Shown here one piece after another: positions 27,301 through 39,888 of a DNA stretch of 64,000 nucleotides (position 1 is its first letter; the number at the start of each line of letters is the position of its first letter). A program made the translations under genes and the position numbers. The stretch covers positions 13,022,001-13,086,000 of the forward strand of contig CM119371.1 of assembly GCA_051294905.1 (NCBI GenBank), read 5' to 3'. The DNA is from Botryllus schlosseri (lineage: Eukaryota). A model generated the notes under the pieces. It was not told the DNA's origin, searched no databases, and saw only the letters and a program-made list of their open reading frames with translations.

Positions 27301-27910
27301 CTACTCCAATGAAATGTTTTTTGCACTAACTAGAATCTAATTTGTGATAACAACTGTGTCGCTATGACTTTAATTCTACTCCAATTCGGAAAATATTTTT
27401 TTGCACTGATTAGAATCTAATTTGTGAAAACACTGTGTTGCTACGATTGTAGTTCTACTCCAATTTTTGAAATGCTTCTTTGCTTTGATTCAAATGTAAT
27501 TTGTGGCTGCAACTGGTCGCTTTAATTCTAATTCCATGCCACTTTGTGAAATGTTTCTTTGCTCTAATTAGAAAGTAATTTGTTAAAACAACCGTGTTGC
27601 TAGGATTGTAATTGTACTCCAATTTTTGAAATGTTTTTTGCTTTAATTAGAATCTAATTTGTGATAAAAACTGTGTCGCTATGATTCTAATTCTATCCCA
27701 ATTTGTGAAATGTTTCTTTGCTCTGATTCCAATGTAATTTGTGGTTGCAACTTTGTCGCTACAATTCTATTTCCACACCAATTTGTGAAATGCTTTTTTT
27801 CTCTAATTAGATTCTAATTTGCAAAAACAACTGTGTCGCTATAATTCTAATTCTACACCAATTAGTGAAACGTTTCTTTGCTCTAATTAGAATCTAATTT
27901 ATGATAACTT
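24345..27910. repeat. 80-bp tandem satellite, about 44 units
   Basis: Unit AATCTAATTTGTGAAAACAACTGTGTTACCATAATTCTAATTCTACTCCTATTTTTAAAATGTTTTTTTGATCTAATTAG; near-identical blocks at about 24380-24780 and 25021-26870. Confidence 0.97.
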
Positions 27911-30218
27911 TGTAGCTGTAGTTCTTATTTCTATTTGGAAAAGCTTAAGTTTTTTAATGGTGCAAGCTAGAAATTCACACATTTTCGTCTGCAAATGAAT
28001 GTTCTGTATTGATCCTTCGTTGCAATAAAATCATTTTTGAGCCTAAGCTGAGTAAAAATTGATGGATAACTGGTATTAATTTCGAGCTCTGCACCAGTCA
28101 ACATGAACACACCACCTCTAAACACAGGATAGCCAGGCACACATCGGCTCCAGCACGTTGTGTGGTAGTTAAAAAAAACCGGATTTGGCGTGTAAGTTTG
28201 CGTTCCTCTGCACGCATTCGAATTTAGAGTGTACTGGATTTTTAGATCGAAAATCTAGGATAAAATAGTATTACGGTGGGCACCACTATAATAAATAATT
28301 GAAGAATTGGTCAACGTAAATACTATTTTATTCATAATTCCAATTTTTTGACGGCAATAACTTCGCTTCCACTGGTTGGAATCGAACAACAAATTTGGTG
28401 AGCATAGTTTCTATAGTATAGACAACCTAACACTATCATGCGGTGAATATAAAATTTTCAAATTTTCTGTTATTTATTTTTATATAATAAATAGAAACTT
28501 TCTTCTCCTGTAGCAATGCGGCCACTTGTTGGAATTGAACCAAATTTGGTGTGTATGCTTAAATCAGGTAACCAAACAATTTTATCAAGTAGACAGTACG
28601 ATTTGAGAAAAAAGGTGATTTTTGAAGACCCCTATTATATATACTATCAATTCCGCAGAGTATTAGCCTGTGGTTGGAATTGAAACAAATTTGGTGAGCA
28701 TAGTTTCTATAGTAGGCCTATAGACAACCTAACACTGTCATGGGGTTAACTGACATTTTTTACCGAAAAACAACTAGCACTGGAACTTCTGAATAACCAG
28801 TAGTTAGTTGATCGCCAACTAACTAGATTGGTAGTTTGTACAAGACTGACTATAAACGTGTGGGTGACTGCCATTTTAGAGCGAGACCCTGGACGGGAAT
28901 GAGCTTCGAGTATATCAAGCTGTGAGCAGAACCGAAGGGTAAATGTTGCTCAACCAACAGAAGTAGCAAAAGAATTAGGAGGGGGACAAGAGGAATTTGC
29001 ATCTTGGCAGATCAAGGCTCGTACGACAAGGTACTTGTGGGGGTCAATATACAGAACAAATTTTTCATTATAGTGGTGGTGACGTACTCTTGGCGAGTGG
29101 TTGGCAATTTTTTCAAGAGGAAATAAGTGGAAATAAAACCAGCATTTACATTCGACCACATATTGTTTTCTGACAATGAAAAAGATCTAACGAGTAGTGT
29201 TGCAGCTGCAATTAGAAGGAAATGTGGATACACAAAAGTATTCTAAAATGATTGTTTTCAGTGGTATTGCGCTCTAAATATAAAGTGGCCTTCAATTGGA
29301 AATAAATTAAGAAAATAATTTTTGACCGCAGATATTTTCTTCAAAAAGCCACCGTACTGCAAATAAATTTTTTCCATAACACCGTGTTCCACTCCAGTTG
29401 TATCCATTCTTCCACGGCTGCGCAAATCTATTCATCTGTGTGTTGAACAGCTATCAGGTACTATCTTCTTGCTGCTGAGCCATGGGTAAATGATGCCAAT
29501 GCCAAATATCCCATGTGCCTCTTCCAGACCACTACGACAGGTTGTGAGGTCATAAATACGATAACATATCACAGCTTGAAAATCACCTCTGTATTAATAG
29601 CTCAATATACCTCAATATTCAATCATTGGCATCTCGGTATCAGTCCGACACCCTGCCAAATATGATAGCATCAAGAAAACTTCCAACATGCTTCTGACAC
29701 AAATCCAACTGGTTGAAGTTTCCGTCAGGCGCAGTCCTGTTAAGAACCACCAACTTGATTTTGATTCGTGGGTTTATTTTCAAAGGGCTACAACTTTGGT
29801 GTGGGTTAAACTCTATTTTACGTTCAGATGTACATGGAAGGTACGGTTGAAATGTTACGATTTTTTTCTGACAAGTCTTCTTCGACTTCACTAATAAAAA
29901 TCTTCTGAAACGGGTTGTAGGGTATAGGCTGCTTTGAACAGTTTGATATAATAATTACAGCATTGTAAATTGTGTTGTCATGGTAAGTCATGGTAAGTCA
30001 TGGTAAGCTACGCATCTGTTCCTTGAACATCGCTTCTGTACTAGCATCTAGTTTCTGAGGCATGATTAAATGATGCAAAATAGTCTCTCTCTTCCGCGCA
30101 AGACCACTATGACAGGCTGTGCTTTCACAAACACGCCAGCATATCACAGTTTGATAATTGGCGCCTGGATAGTTTTGCCTCAATATACAACCGTTGGCAT
30201 CTTAGTATCCAGTTAGAC

Positions 30219-32286
30219 CAGTGGTTCTTAACCTTGACTACTAATATTAAAGGCGAAATTCTTTGGTAAGTGTCAATTAAGCCTTGCGCTTCGCGCAGCC
30301 GTAACCACTCCTGGGTACTATTCATTACATGACAACTAGCGATTTCAATGCCTATAGTAAGCTGATATGAAAAAGTAGATTAGTCCGGAGTTTACCGGGG
30401 ACAAGCATGGATTGTTTAATATTGGTATTTGGTGTCCAATTAGTTCATTACGACTACCTCCTGTAATGCGTCCGTAGACTATATAAGTCAGTGGTTCTTA
30501 ACCTTGCCCCCAGCGCCCCCCACCAGGGGCGCTGGCGATTTTTAAGGGGGGCGGAAGCGCTCAGGGGGCGATATGGGGGGCGCTGGGCTCAGGGGGGCGG
30601 TATGGGGGCGCTGGAGAAAAATGGCTTCGCAGTAGATGATGTGGTGATATGACATATCCTTAATGAGTATTCAGAGCAAATTAACACCGAAAACTTCGTT
30701 ATAAATAGCCTTCAAAATACATATAGGTTTAATTGTCCATGGGCGCCTAAATGACTGGCACCGAATGTTCCTGTATTGGCAATCTGAACCCCAGAACACG
30801 AATTTCATCTGGCAGGGAAAATTATATGCCAGTGAAGAAATACCAATTTGAAATCGTGTGTGTCTCTAAGTTTAGTACGATTGGGCGACAGGGATATTCC
30901 TGTTGGGCGATATCCCTGTTGGGCGATTCTATATTTTTTGATATTGCAGACAGGAGGTCACGAAATAACATCATGCAACGAAGTCATATTAACGGGTTCG
31001 CCCGCCCGAATATGTTTAATTATTAGTTACGGGCTCTACAGTTTCCAAGACACCTCACAATGTTCGCTTCAAGTTTTGATGAGTCTGCGCACACTCAACA
31101 ACTCACTGCGCTGACCCTTGGACAACAGTGCGTAACGACTAAAAAAAGGTCATAACTTCGGATTTGTTTTGAGCAACGTAGATTTTCTGTGCGCAGAGAC
31201 GGTGTCAGCAGTGCGCACGTGCGCAGCTTTGAGGGAACATTGCATCTCACTCAGCTCTACCGGTAAATCTGGTAACGTGAGCAGAGGGGACAAGAAATTG
31301 ATAGCAGTATATTTGCAATCCCTGGTCTTACTGACCGATTTTAGCATGAATTATCGAAAGTTTTCGCGCTTCGCACTGGCTCGCTAAACAGTACAGCTGA
31401 TTCTGTGGCAAAAGCGAACAACGTGATTGGGGGGTCGGTTTATCACCCTATGGGAGCCCAAGACCCAAGTTTTTTCGGGGGCCTGACGAAGTGACGTTTC
31501 GTTCCTGCCAACGGGTATACGCCCGAAGATGTATAATTATTATTGAGGGGTCCTACCTTTTCATACACACATCACTCAGCTCTACCGGTAAATATGTTTA
31601 CGTGAGCAGAGAAAGGATAAAAATTGATCTCAATTTACATGCAATTCCCGATCATATTGACCAATTTCAATCATTAATTAGTGAAATTTTCCGCGCTTTA
31701 GCGGACAGCTGAATGGGGGGTATGGGGGTGAAGTCACCCGGAAGTTTGGTTTATCACCCGATGGGGGCCCAGGACCAACGTTTTTTGTTTGGGGGGGGGG
31801 GGGCTGACGAAGTGCTGTTACGGCCCTGGTAACGAATAATTTTACCTACGGGCACGCCCGAATATGTTTAATTATTACTTACGGGCCCTTTATTTTCCTA
31901 TACAACAGCTCACTCAGCGCTACTGGTAAATCTGATTACGTGGGCTGAGAGGATAAAAAATTTATAGCGACTTATATATGTAATTACCACCTATTCATTC
32001 ATGCATTATATAAAATTTTGGTACCTAGGGCGACCAGGCCACACAAACTTTGCTGACCATCGAAATCACGCTATGGGGTTCGTGGGGGCGAAGCCCTCAG
32101 AAGTTTGGTTTATCACGCTATGGGTGCGCAAGGCAATCGTTTATAGGGGGGTTGACGAAGTGCTGTTACGGCCCTCCCTCTTACTCATTGTCTTTATTAC
32201 ATTCCTCACAATATGAAGTTGGGGGACGCTGGAGCACGATAATTTTTGAAAGGGGGCGCTGGAGGAAAAAAGGTTAAGAACCACTG
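30219..32286. mobile_element. Composite hAT (Buster-type) element with two left ends
   Basis: TIR CAGTGGTTCTTAACCTT at 30219 and again at 30489, right TIR ending 32286; TSD AGTTAGAC matches the outer end only; internal diverged repeats of about 310-340 bp. Confidence 0.85.
31058..31242. mobile_element. CAATGTT-family MITE nested in the 30219 element
   Basis: Ends CAATGTTC / GAACATTG; shares cccttggacaacagtgcgtaac with the 22665 element. Confidence 0.7.
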
Positions 32287-34867
32287 AGTTAGACCAACCG
32301 AGAAATATGATAAAGTGAAGGAAATTTAACGATAGCATCAGACACTAATCCACCAGGCTTGAACGTCTTTGAGTTATTGCGACACAACAAATAGCTTAGG
32401 TGACCCTGACCCCGCTTGGGGTTGCCACCCACAAATTGCCGATCACTGATCAATATCCGTCATCTAAAAATCAAAATGGACTCAATGTGTATTCACGGTA
32501 ATTGCGTGGAAGTCGAAAGCAAATATACAAAGCGGTGACATTGGCACGTGATTTCGTGAAGGCTAAAGATCTGCGCACACTCAGTTTATGGATGAAAACA
32601 GCTAATGACAGAGACGTCACTATTCCATATATAGGTTACATACCGGATGTACGCAGAAAACAGAATAATTTTTCTGTGGTCGCACCTTTGTATACCTTCC
32701 GACTTAAAAGTGTCCCGCCTTCCACAAAAAACAGGACATGTAATTTATTAATAAATGAACCAAATTCCAGCGCCCGCAGTAACAGGTAAAACTTTGGCCT
32801 ATTTCGGAATGCATAGCCTTCAGAGGATGGGGCCAACGCTACACCACAACTAAAACGAGGAAGCAAAGATGTATGTCGACAGATATCGTCGATAAAACCA
32901 CTGATTTGGCGGTTTATAAGTATATTCATTTATTCAATCGACCAATAATCATAGTATTTTCGTGAAAATGGGGGTACCGTTTAGCTTTCAAGGCAAAAAA
33001 TCATCGTATTTTAAGCAATTCCGGTGTTTTGGAATAAATGGGTGTCTAGAATTGACCCACTGTGATCCGTGATATAGTGGCTATATACTATCATTATGTA
33101 TATGCTTTATAGAAGAGCATTCAAATTTTTTTTAATCATTTGAAGGGTTCGGCGCGATCAATAGGTTTGAATCTGGCCCGCGACCTAAGTTGAGTCCCCT
33201 GATGTAGGGACTTTTAGAGTAACGAATAGGAGGCCTAGAGGGACCATTGGATGCGACTATGTTTCTGAAGTATGTATTTGGATTGGATTTGAATCTTAAT
33301 TCCGGAATGGCTTTTGGATACAGAAATACTAAATCCACCACCTCCGCTACACAGTAAGGGCTATAAAAATGATATGGAAAGTTTCGTAATTTAATTATTT
33401 ACGTCATTTGCGATTTTCCAAACGCAATTTGTGGTCGGCCGTGCGTATATATAACATGATAGATAAGAATATTGGAATATCTCCTGGTGACATTTGATGA
33501 AGTGACAATGACATTTTGTCATTATTATTATCATGAAAAACGTGACGCTTTCGACTGATGATGTGTTTTGCACCACGCGTAAGATAGTTGCAATGCAACG
33601 ATAAGAATATGCATAGGAATAGGCGCCGAGGTACGGGGAGGCGGGGTGGCGCAGCCACCCCATGACACATTTATGGGGTGGCGGCCACACCATACAATAA
33701 GTTCAAACGCCCGACGTCTGCGATTTCAAATCATCAGCGCTGTCAATTAGCGAGTCCGTGATAGCGCGTAAATGCCAACTATTTACCATTAACCGATACG
33801 CGCGAGAATAATTGAATACTCAGTTTCGTCGGCGACGACGAACTATAGTGCTTAAAACGCCCCAATAAATTGCAATCCGTGATTTGTAATCAGACAATGG
33901 CAGCAACCTCGTTTACGACGTCGATTTCCACACTCTTACGTTGATAAACACCATCTTCTCACTCGACCAGACGAGCGAATTCGCGTTCTCCTTCTCTTGA
34001 TTAAATTGTATTTGCGCCCATATTCGTTTGCAAAATAATTCCTGAGTTAAGTCCGTGTTAGTCTCTTAATTGTTGGAGGCTTGGATGCAGGAGTAGAACA
34101 GTGTGTTTGTGTAGCCTATGTCCGCGAATTGAAAGTCATTCCTGCGCAAAGTGCTCATATTCATTACTAACATGGCTTTGCCAACTTTTATTGGGGAATG
34201 CAAGAATGCAGCTCATACGTCGTTATGATGAGCAAACAATTATCGCGATGTCAGACCCGGAACCGTACTGTACGCAAGTTGAGGAAATACTGATTAGATG
34301 CGCGCTTTCTCGTTTGCTACACTCTAAATCGAAAGCATCGATTTAGACACAAAATTGTGCATTCTAAGATGCAATATGGGACAAACACATAAAGTCGACC
34401 CAAATCTTTCGCCGCAGTGGTGTCATAATATGTACAGGTCCACACTTCATCAGATAAAGTTACGAAATATTTGCTTCTGCTCACATCTTATCATCTGTCG
34501 CCGGCTTTGATCACTATGAAAGAGTATACGTATACATTTTAATAGTCCGGTAAGTCGCCGCACGAGTTGTGAGATCAGTAAGATTGAGAGGGAAACGCTG
34601 CTGGAACTTATCGTAATGTCACTGGTAAATGACCAGATCATCCAAGGTAAGGTACGGTACACTCCTGTGCCGATCATGACGTCATCGGTAAACCCAATGA
34701 CCCTGGGGTCCGTTTGCTCCCAATGGGTTATTTGCAGGGGAGGAATTAAGCTGCAAGATATATATTCTCAAATGATGCAGCATTTCTATAATAGATGTTG
34801 AACGGTATTAACGACTCTAGTGTGAGTAATGCGTGCTTTTAATAGCCCCGTTTACATAGCTCAGAAG

Positions 34868-35065
34868 CAATGTTCCCTCTAATTTTGACGACTCTGCAGC
34901 AAGCGCTCACCTACTCACTGCGCGGTCCCTTGGACAACAGTGCGTAACCACTAGAAAATGTCATCTCTTCGGATTTTTTGTGCGCAAATTATATTTTATG
35001 TGAGCAGAGACCGTGTCAGCTCAAAGCAATTGCACACGTGCGTACCTAAGATCCGGGGCACATTG
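34868..35065. mobile_element. CAATGTT-family MITE, same site as 22665-22861
   Basis: Same ends and same TSD pair CTCAGAAG/CTCAGGAG. Confidence 0.75.
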
Positions 35066-35770
35066 CTCAGGAGCCATGAAGTGGACTGCTGTTTCATCAC
35101 TGTCGCTTTCTTGCATTTACTAGGTTTTGTGAACGTTTCTCTTCTCATTTTATTTACCTACCAAACTGGCAGAAGAAATTGATCATTTCAACCCAATTAT
35201 ATATATCATTGTTACAACCACATGATTGTCTGACTTGACTATGACTTCCATTATATTGCGTTCCATTATTGATCATTAACATATCAGCAGTATAGCAATC
35301 AAGAAATCAGTCAATCAATCAATCATTGTCATCACCATGTAATTTTGAAGTACGTTGTTTAGTAATCTTTAGTGTTACCTGGCTATTATCAGTGCATTCT
35401 GCTTTTGACTGTTGACTGAATAAACATCTCTATATTTCTCTATTGCTATCCCCCTCTCTCTCTCATTCACGCTTCACATCTCTCGGTAACGGCGGGAACT
35501 CAGTCAGGGTCAAAGGTCAATACACAGCATCAGTAAGTCGCAGTACAGTGACTTTGTGGATGTGGATGAACGTGTCGCTATTCTCATCATAGCGGAAGGA
35601 ATGGAGAAGATTTTGATTGCGTACGGCATTACGAGAGAACACATTGCTTTCATTGAAGGTAATTCGTTCAAGAATATCAACATGCGATATGTTATGATTA
35701 CCGGTATGTTGTCAAGAGGGTTCTTACAGCAAGCAGCAGTGTGAGAAATATTAGTAGATTGCCTATTAGA

Positions 35771-36007
35771 TAGGCTTACCATACGTCCTCTTTTAAGAGG
35801 ATTTGTCCTCTTTTTTGACTTTTTTGAAAGTCAACCAACTAGCGATGTGGAGTAAATAACGTTATTTTGGGATCTTTTTTTTTTTTAGTCAACCGATCAC
35901 AAAGTGGGAAAAATTAGCCGAATTTTGAGAATTTCACTCCGGTTTTGCAAGTGGAAAATTTCTGAAAAAGTGTCCTCTTTTTTGATTTCCAAAATATGGT
36001 AAGCCTA
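35771..36007. mobile_element. TAGGCTTACCATA-family MITE (deleted form) present only in EnSpm copy 2
   Basis: Perfect TIR; TSD CTATTAGA; empty site (cttttaga) at about 23885-23892. Confidence 0.9.
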
Positions 36008-37055
36008 CTATTAGATCAACTTGCAGTAGCATCGAAACTGAGTTTCAGAATGTCAGTTAATCCTCTAACTTGGTGCAACGTGGGTTTGATACTAGAATTC
36101 TTGACCAAGTTATATACATCTTGCTTTGCAGTTGACTCACTTGTTTACTCACTCACTTGAAATAAATCTTATTATATTCATATCAAGCTCCCTCTATATA
36201 ACACACAGAAGTGTGTGTGCATGCTTAGCTCACTACATAGCTGCTTTTATAGTAACACTTTGCCTTTGTAATAGATCAGAGCGGGGTTTTAAATGGTCGT
36301 TCCGAGGAGTGTCGAACCGAAATACTTACTACTCATGCCGAAATATTTGGAGTAGAGCTAGAGACAGATGAAGAGGTTAGTATTATTTAACTATTCTATT
36401 CTATTCCAGAATGAATTTATTCGTTGGGATAATCCTGTTTATATTTGTTGCAATTTTATATATTAAATATTGTTGTGGCAAAACTCTTGCCTTCATATCA
36501 ACCGGAATGCAATAAGTGGAATGTCCTTCAACCAAATCTTCTACATTATTTATATTTATTATTATATTTATTCGTAGGGCCGCTGCGGTTATGCTCCTGA
36601 TGGAGTTACGAAATGCAGTAACTGAAAAGAGAATCACAACAGGATTTGAGGGCGATAACGCTTTATCAGGTGAGTTGTAGGATTTGCTGCTTGCTCAACC
36701 TGGAACTGTGTGAACAATGAACATAGATGTACCATAACGTCCTGATTTGTCAGATTTGTACGATTTCGACACTTGTCCTGATTTTTCGGCAAACATTGTT
36801 CGGCGTTTTCTGTAACACCTTGGAGGTTTTGCATGCCACTATCTTCCACAAGTTCGAACTTAACAGACCGTCACAAAAGTACAGCTAGTTGTTTGAAAAT
36901 TTTATGGCTTAACATGCGCGCATGTTGAGTTGGTTCTAATTCGGGGGTCTGTTAATTTCCAAGTTGCGCCACAAACATGTGTTCTAATTCGGGGTCTGTT
37001 GAGCTCAGACGTGTGCCACCAAAATGTGGCACAATTGTTTTTGGGTGCTGAAAAT

Positions 37056-37360
37056 GGTTGCCCGACATATGAGCATGCGACACAATGGAAAACGACACAG
37101 TTCAGCATGGAACACATCAGCATGCGTCACTTCAGCATGTGACTGTATAACCCAAAAACTTACCCTAACCCGAAACATAGCCTAACCTAACCTAACCTAG
37201 CCTAACCTAACCTAAAGCCTAACCCTAACCCAACCATAAATCCAACCATAACCTACCCCTAACCCGTAATTTAACCCACATGCTCATGTGTCGCATGCCA
37301 AATTGTCGCATGCCGAAGTCTCGCATGCTGTAATGTCGCATGCTCATATGTCCAAGGACC
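37056..37360. mobile_element. MULE-like MITE with internal telomere-like (C)CTAA repeats
   Basis: Inverted ends containing GACATATGAGCATGCGACA; 9-bp TSD GCTGAAAAT/GCTGCAAAT; CCTAA/CCCTAA run about 37163-37275. Confidence 0.75.
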
Positions 37361-38008
37361 GCTGCAAATATGGTAGGCCTGTGTTTTGATTGACGCTATT
37401 TGCGTTATGACGGTGCAAGAAACACTCGAACTGAAAAAAGGCCTCCAAAAATAAATGTTTATTAGATGCTTTTTAATTGCATCATTCTTTTTGATAAGGC
37501 TAAATCTAAGTTAGAATGAGCTGGCGTAAATTCGTTTTTGTCCCACACCATGGAAAATCATTTCTGCTGCTAATGTAATTTTTGGTTTTCCTGACTTCGA
37601 GTCCATGAGGATGGCTACCATGGATATAGTGCATAAAATCAGTGAATGTGAACTTGAACATAATACTTGTGCCGTTTCAAAAGGAACCTGTATGATGGTA
37701 TACTGATGAAATCTGAATGGATCAATACAGGTTAGTAAACTTATGATTATGTGGAAAAACCCATACATATCAACGACTAGACAGCATATTGTGACGACAG
37801 AATTTGCTATCACTTGTTTCCATGAGTTAAGCCTGTTAAACCATATTGACAAAAACCTATATTCACCTATTCAGCTCTATTTTTATTGAATATTCATTAT
37901 GCAGAAGTCCCATAAAGGCATTTTTACATAATCCAAATCTTGTGCTTTCAATTCACACATGGATTATTGGCAATATAATTTTACTTAACATATTTCTTTC
38001 AATTCCAG

Positions 38009-38300
38009 GCCAGGCCCATTCAGTCCAATTAACGGCCACAAAGCTGAGTCCTCGACATCTTATACTAGCGCACCATGAAAATGGTGACCTGCAGTCATGG
38101 ATCGTGGCGAATGGCTTCCACATAAAGGGATCGTCTCACAATAAAGTGAAACCATTTGAGATGGTGCTGGATCTTCTAGCGTTTTATTATGTTTGTGAGC
38201 CCGCATATCCAAAAGTTTTCCAGATCTGTCAATTTTACAGTATATCCTGATTGGAGACAAAAATTTGGGTTTCAATCAAACAAGCTTCTCTGTTTTATGA
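38009..38300 (+). pseudogene. Frameshifted last exon of the EnSpm accessory (ORF2-like) gene
   Basis: Acceptor tttctttcaattccag; DLLAFYYVCEPAYPKVFQ then, after a 1-nt shift, LSILQYILIGDK; resembles the YYVFNxxYPK...FLQ motif of SAMD3-like/animal EnSpm second proteins (recognised from memory). Confidence 0.55.
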
Positions 38301-38359
38301 GCAGATTTCAGAAATCCCAGTAATGATTTTGATTTCGTTTGCTGACTTGTACAACTATC

Positions 38360-39601
38360 CAATTCTAGTACTAGTCTAGTTGTCTAATTAGAGTGAAAAA
38401 TAATGTGTAGCTAAAATTCTGATTATACTCAAGTTTTGAAAAAAAAACTAGCTATAATTATAATTCTACTTAATTCGTGAAGTGCTTCGTCTCTCTAATT
38501 CGAATCTTATTTGTGAAAACAACTGAACCTATAATTCTAATTGTCCTCTAATTTGGAAAAACAGTGTAGCTATAGTTCTAATTCTTTATAATTTGAAAAA
38601 AACTGTTCTATAATTCTGATCCCACTCTAATTTAAAAAAAACGAGCTACAAATCTACTTCTACTCTAATTTGGAAAAAGCTGTGTAGCTATAAATTCTGA
38701 TGCTACTCTAATGTGTAAAATGTTTCTTTGCTCTCAATCGAATCTAATTTAGAAAACAACTACCGTATAGCTATATTTCTAATTATACTCTAATTTGAAG
38801 TAAAAACGACCACTAATTGGATTCTAGTCTAATTCAGAAAATATACTGCAGTAATTATTCTGATTCTACTCCAAATTTTCAAATGATACTTTGCTCTGAT
38901 TCGAATCTAATTTGTGATAACAACTGTGTCGCTGTAATTCTAATTCTACTCAATTTGGGAAATGTTTTTTTGATCTAATTAGAATATAATTTGTGAAAAC
39001 AACTGTGTTACCAAAATTCTAATTCTACGCCAATTTTTGAAATGTTTTTTTTTGCTTTAATTAGAATTTAATTTGTGATAACAACTGTGTCGCTATGACT
39101 TTAATTCTACTCCAATTTGTGAAATGTTTCGCTCTGATTCAAATGTAATTTGTGTTTGCAACTGTGTCGCTATAATTCTAATTCCATACCAATTTGTGAA
39201 ATGTTTCTTTGCTCTAATTGGAAACTAATTTGTGAAAACAACCGTGTCGCTAGGATTGTAATTCTACTCCAATTTTTGATATGTTTTTTGCTCTAATTAG
39301 AATCTAATTTGTGATAACAACTGTGTCGCTATGGTTCTAACTCTACTCCAATTTATGAAATGTTTTTTGCACTAATTAGAATCTAATTTGTGATAACAAC
39401 TGTGTCGCTATGACATTAATTCTACTCCAATTTGGGAAATGTTTTTTGCACTAATTAGAATCTAATTTGTGAAAACAACTGTGTTGCTATGATTGTAATT
39501 CTACTCCAATTTGGGAAATGGTTTTTGCACTAATTAAAATCTAATTTGTGAAAACAACTGTTGCTATGATTGTAATTCAACCCCAATTTGTGAAATGTTT
39601 C
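38360..39601. repeat. 80-bp satellite in EnSpm copy 2, left part, grading from degenerate about 40-bp monomers
   Basis: Same unit as 24345-27910 but heterogeneous; irregular short units 38360-38870. Confidence 0.9.
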
Positions 39602-39855
39602 TGTTATGTTCTTGATCTTGTTTGAACAATAACTCAATACGACGAGGTTGCAATACGGAATCAGTATATTATACAGCAGAATAACTTCAGGCAGCGACAC
39701 GATCCAGAGTATAGTTAATTGAAATAGCACGAGACAACAGAACACAGGGTATAAATACAAGCACGACACACGAGGAAATAATGATTGACGGTAATTAATA
39801 GTCCTATAGAAATTAGGAGTTGAACAACACTGAACGTAAATGCACGAACATAACA
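39602..39855 (-). repeat. 3' LTR
   Basis: TGTTATGTTC...GAACATAACA; 8 substitutions in 254 bp versus the other LTR (counted by eye). Confidence 0.95.
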
Positions 39856-39857
39856 GT

Positions 39858-39865
39858 CCTCCCCT
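39858..39865 (-). other. Polypurine tract
   Basis: AGGGGAGG on the minus strand, 2 nt before the 3' LTR. Confidence 0.8.
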
Positions 39866-39888
39866 GTAAGTTAAAGGGATGCCCACAT

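Larger units (their letters stand above)
22099..28231 (+). mobile_element. CACTA/EnSpm-like transposon, copy 1 (internally deleted, satellite-expanded)
   Basis: TA|CACTCTAAAT ... ATTTAGAGTG|TA; homology with 34320-45105 begins and ends at these termini, flanks unrelated. Confidence 0.8.

Noticed and set aside
24345..27910. CRISPR-like array
   Set aside because: Units are head-to-tail 80-mers with no unique spacers and no cas genes; eukaryotic context
29012..29233. Secreted peptide with hydrophobic N-terminus
   Set aside because: Starts at GTG, with no supporting downstream exon or recognisable domain
37163..37275. Interstitial telomere or fusion site
   Set aside because: Irregular CCTAA/CCCTAA run lies inside a 305-bp TIR element with a 9-bp TSD
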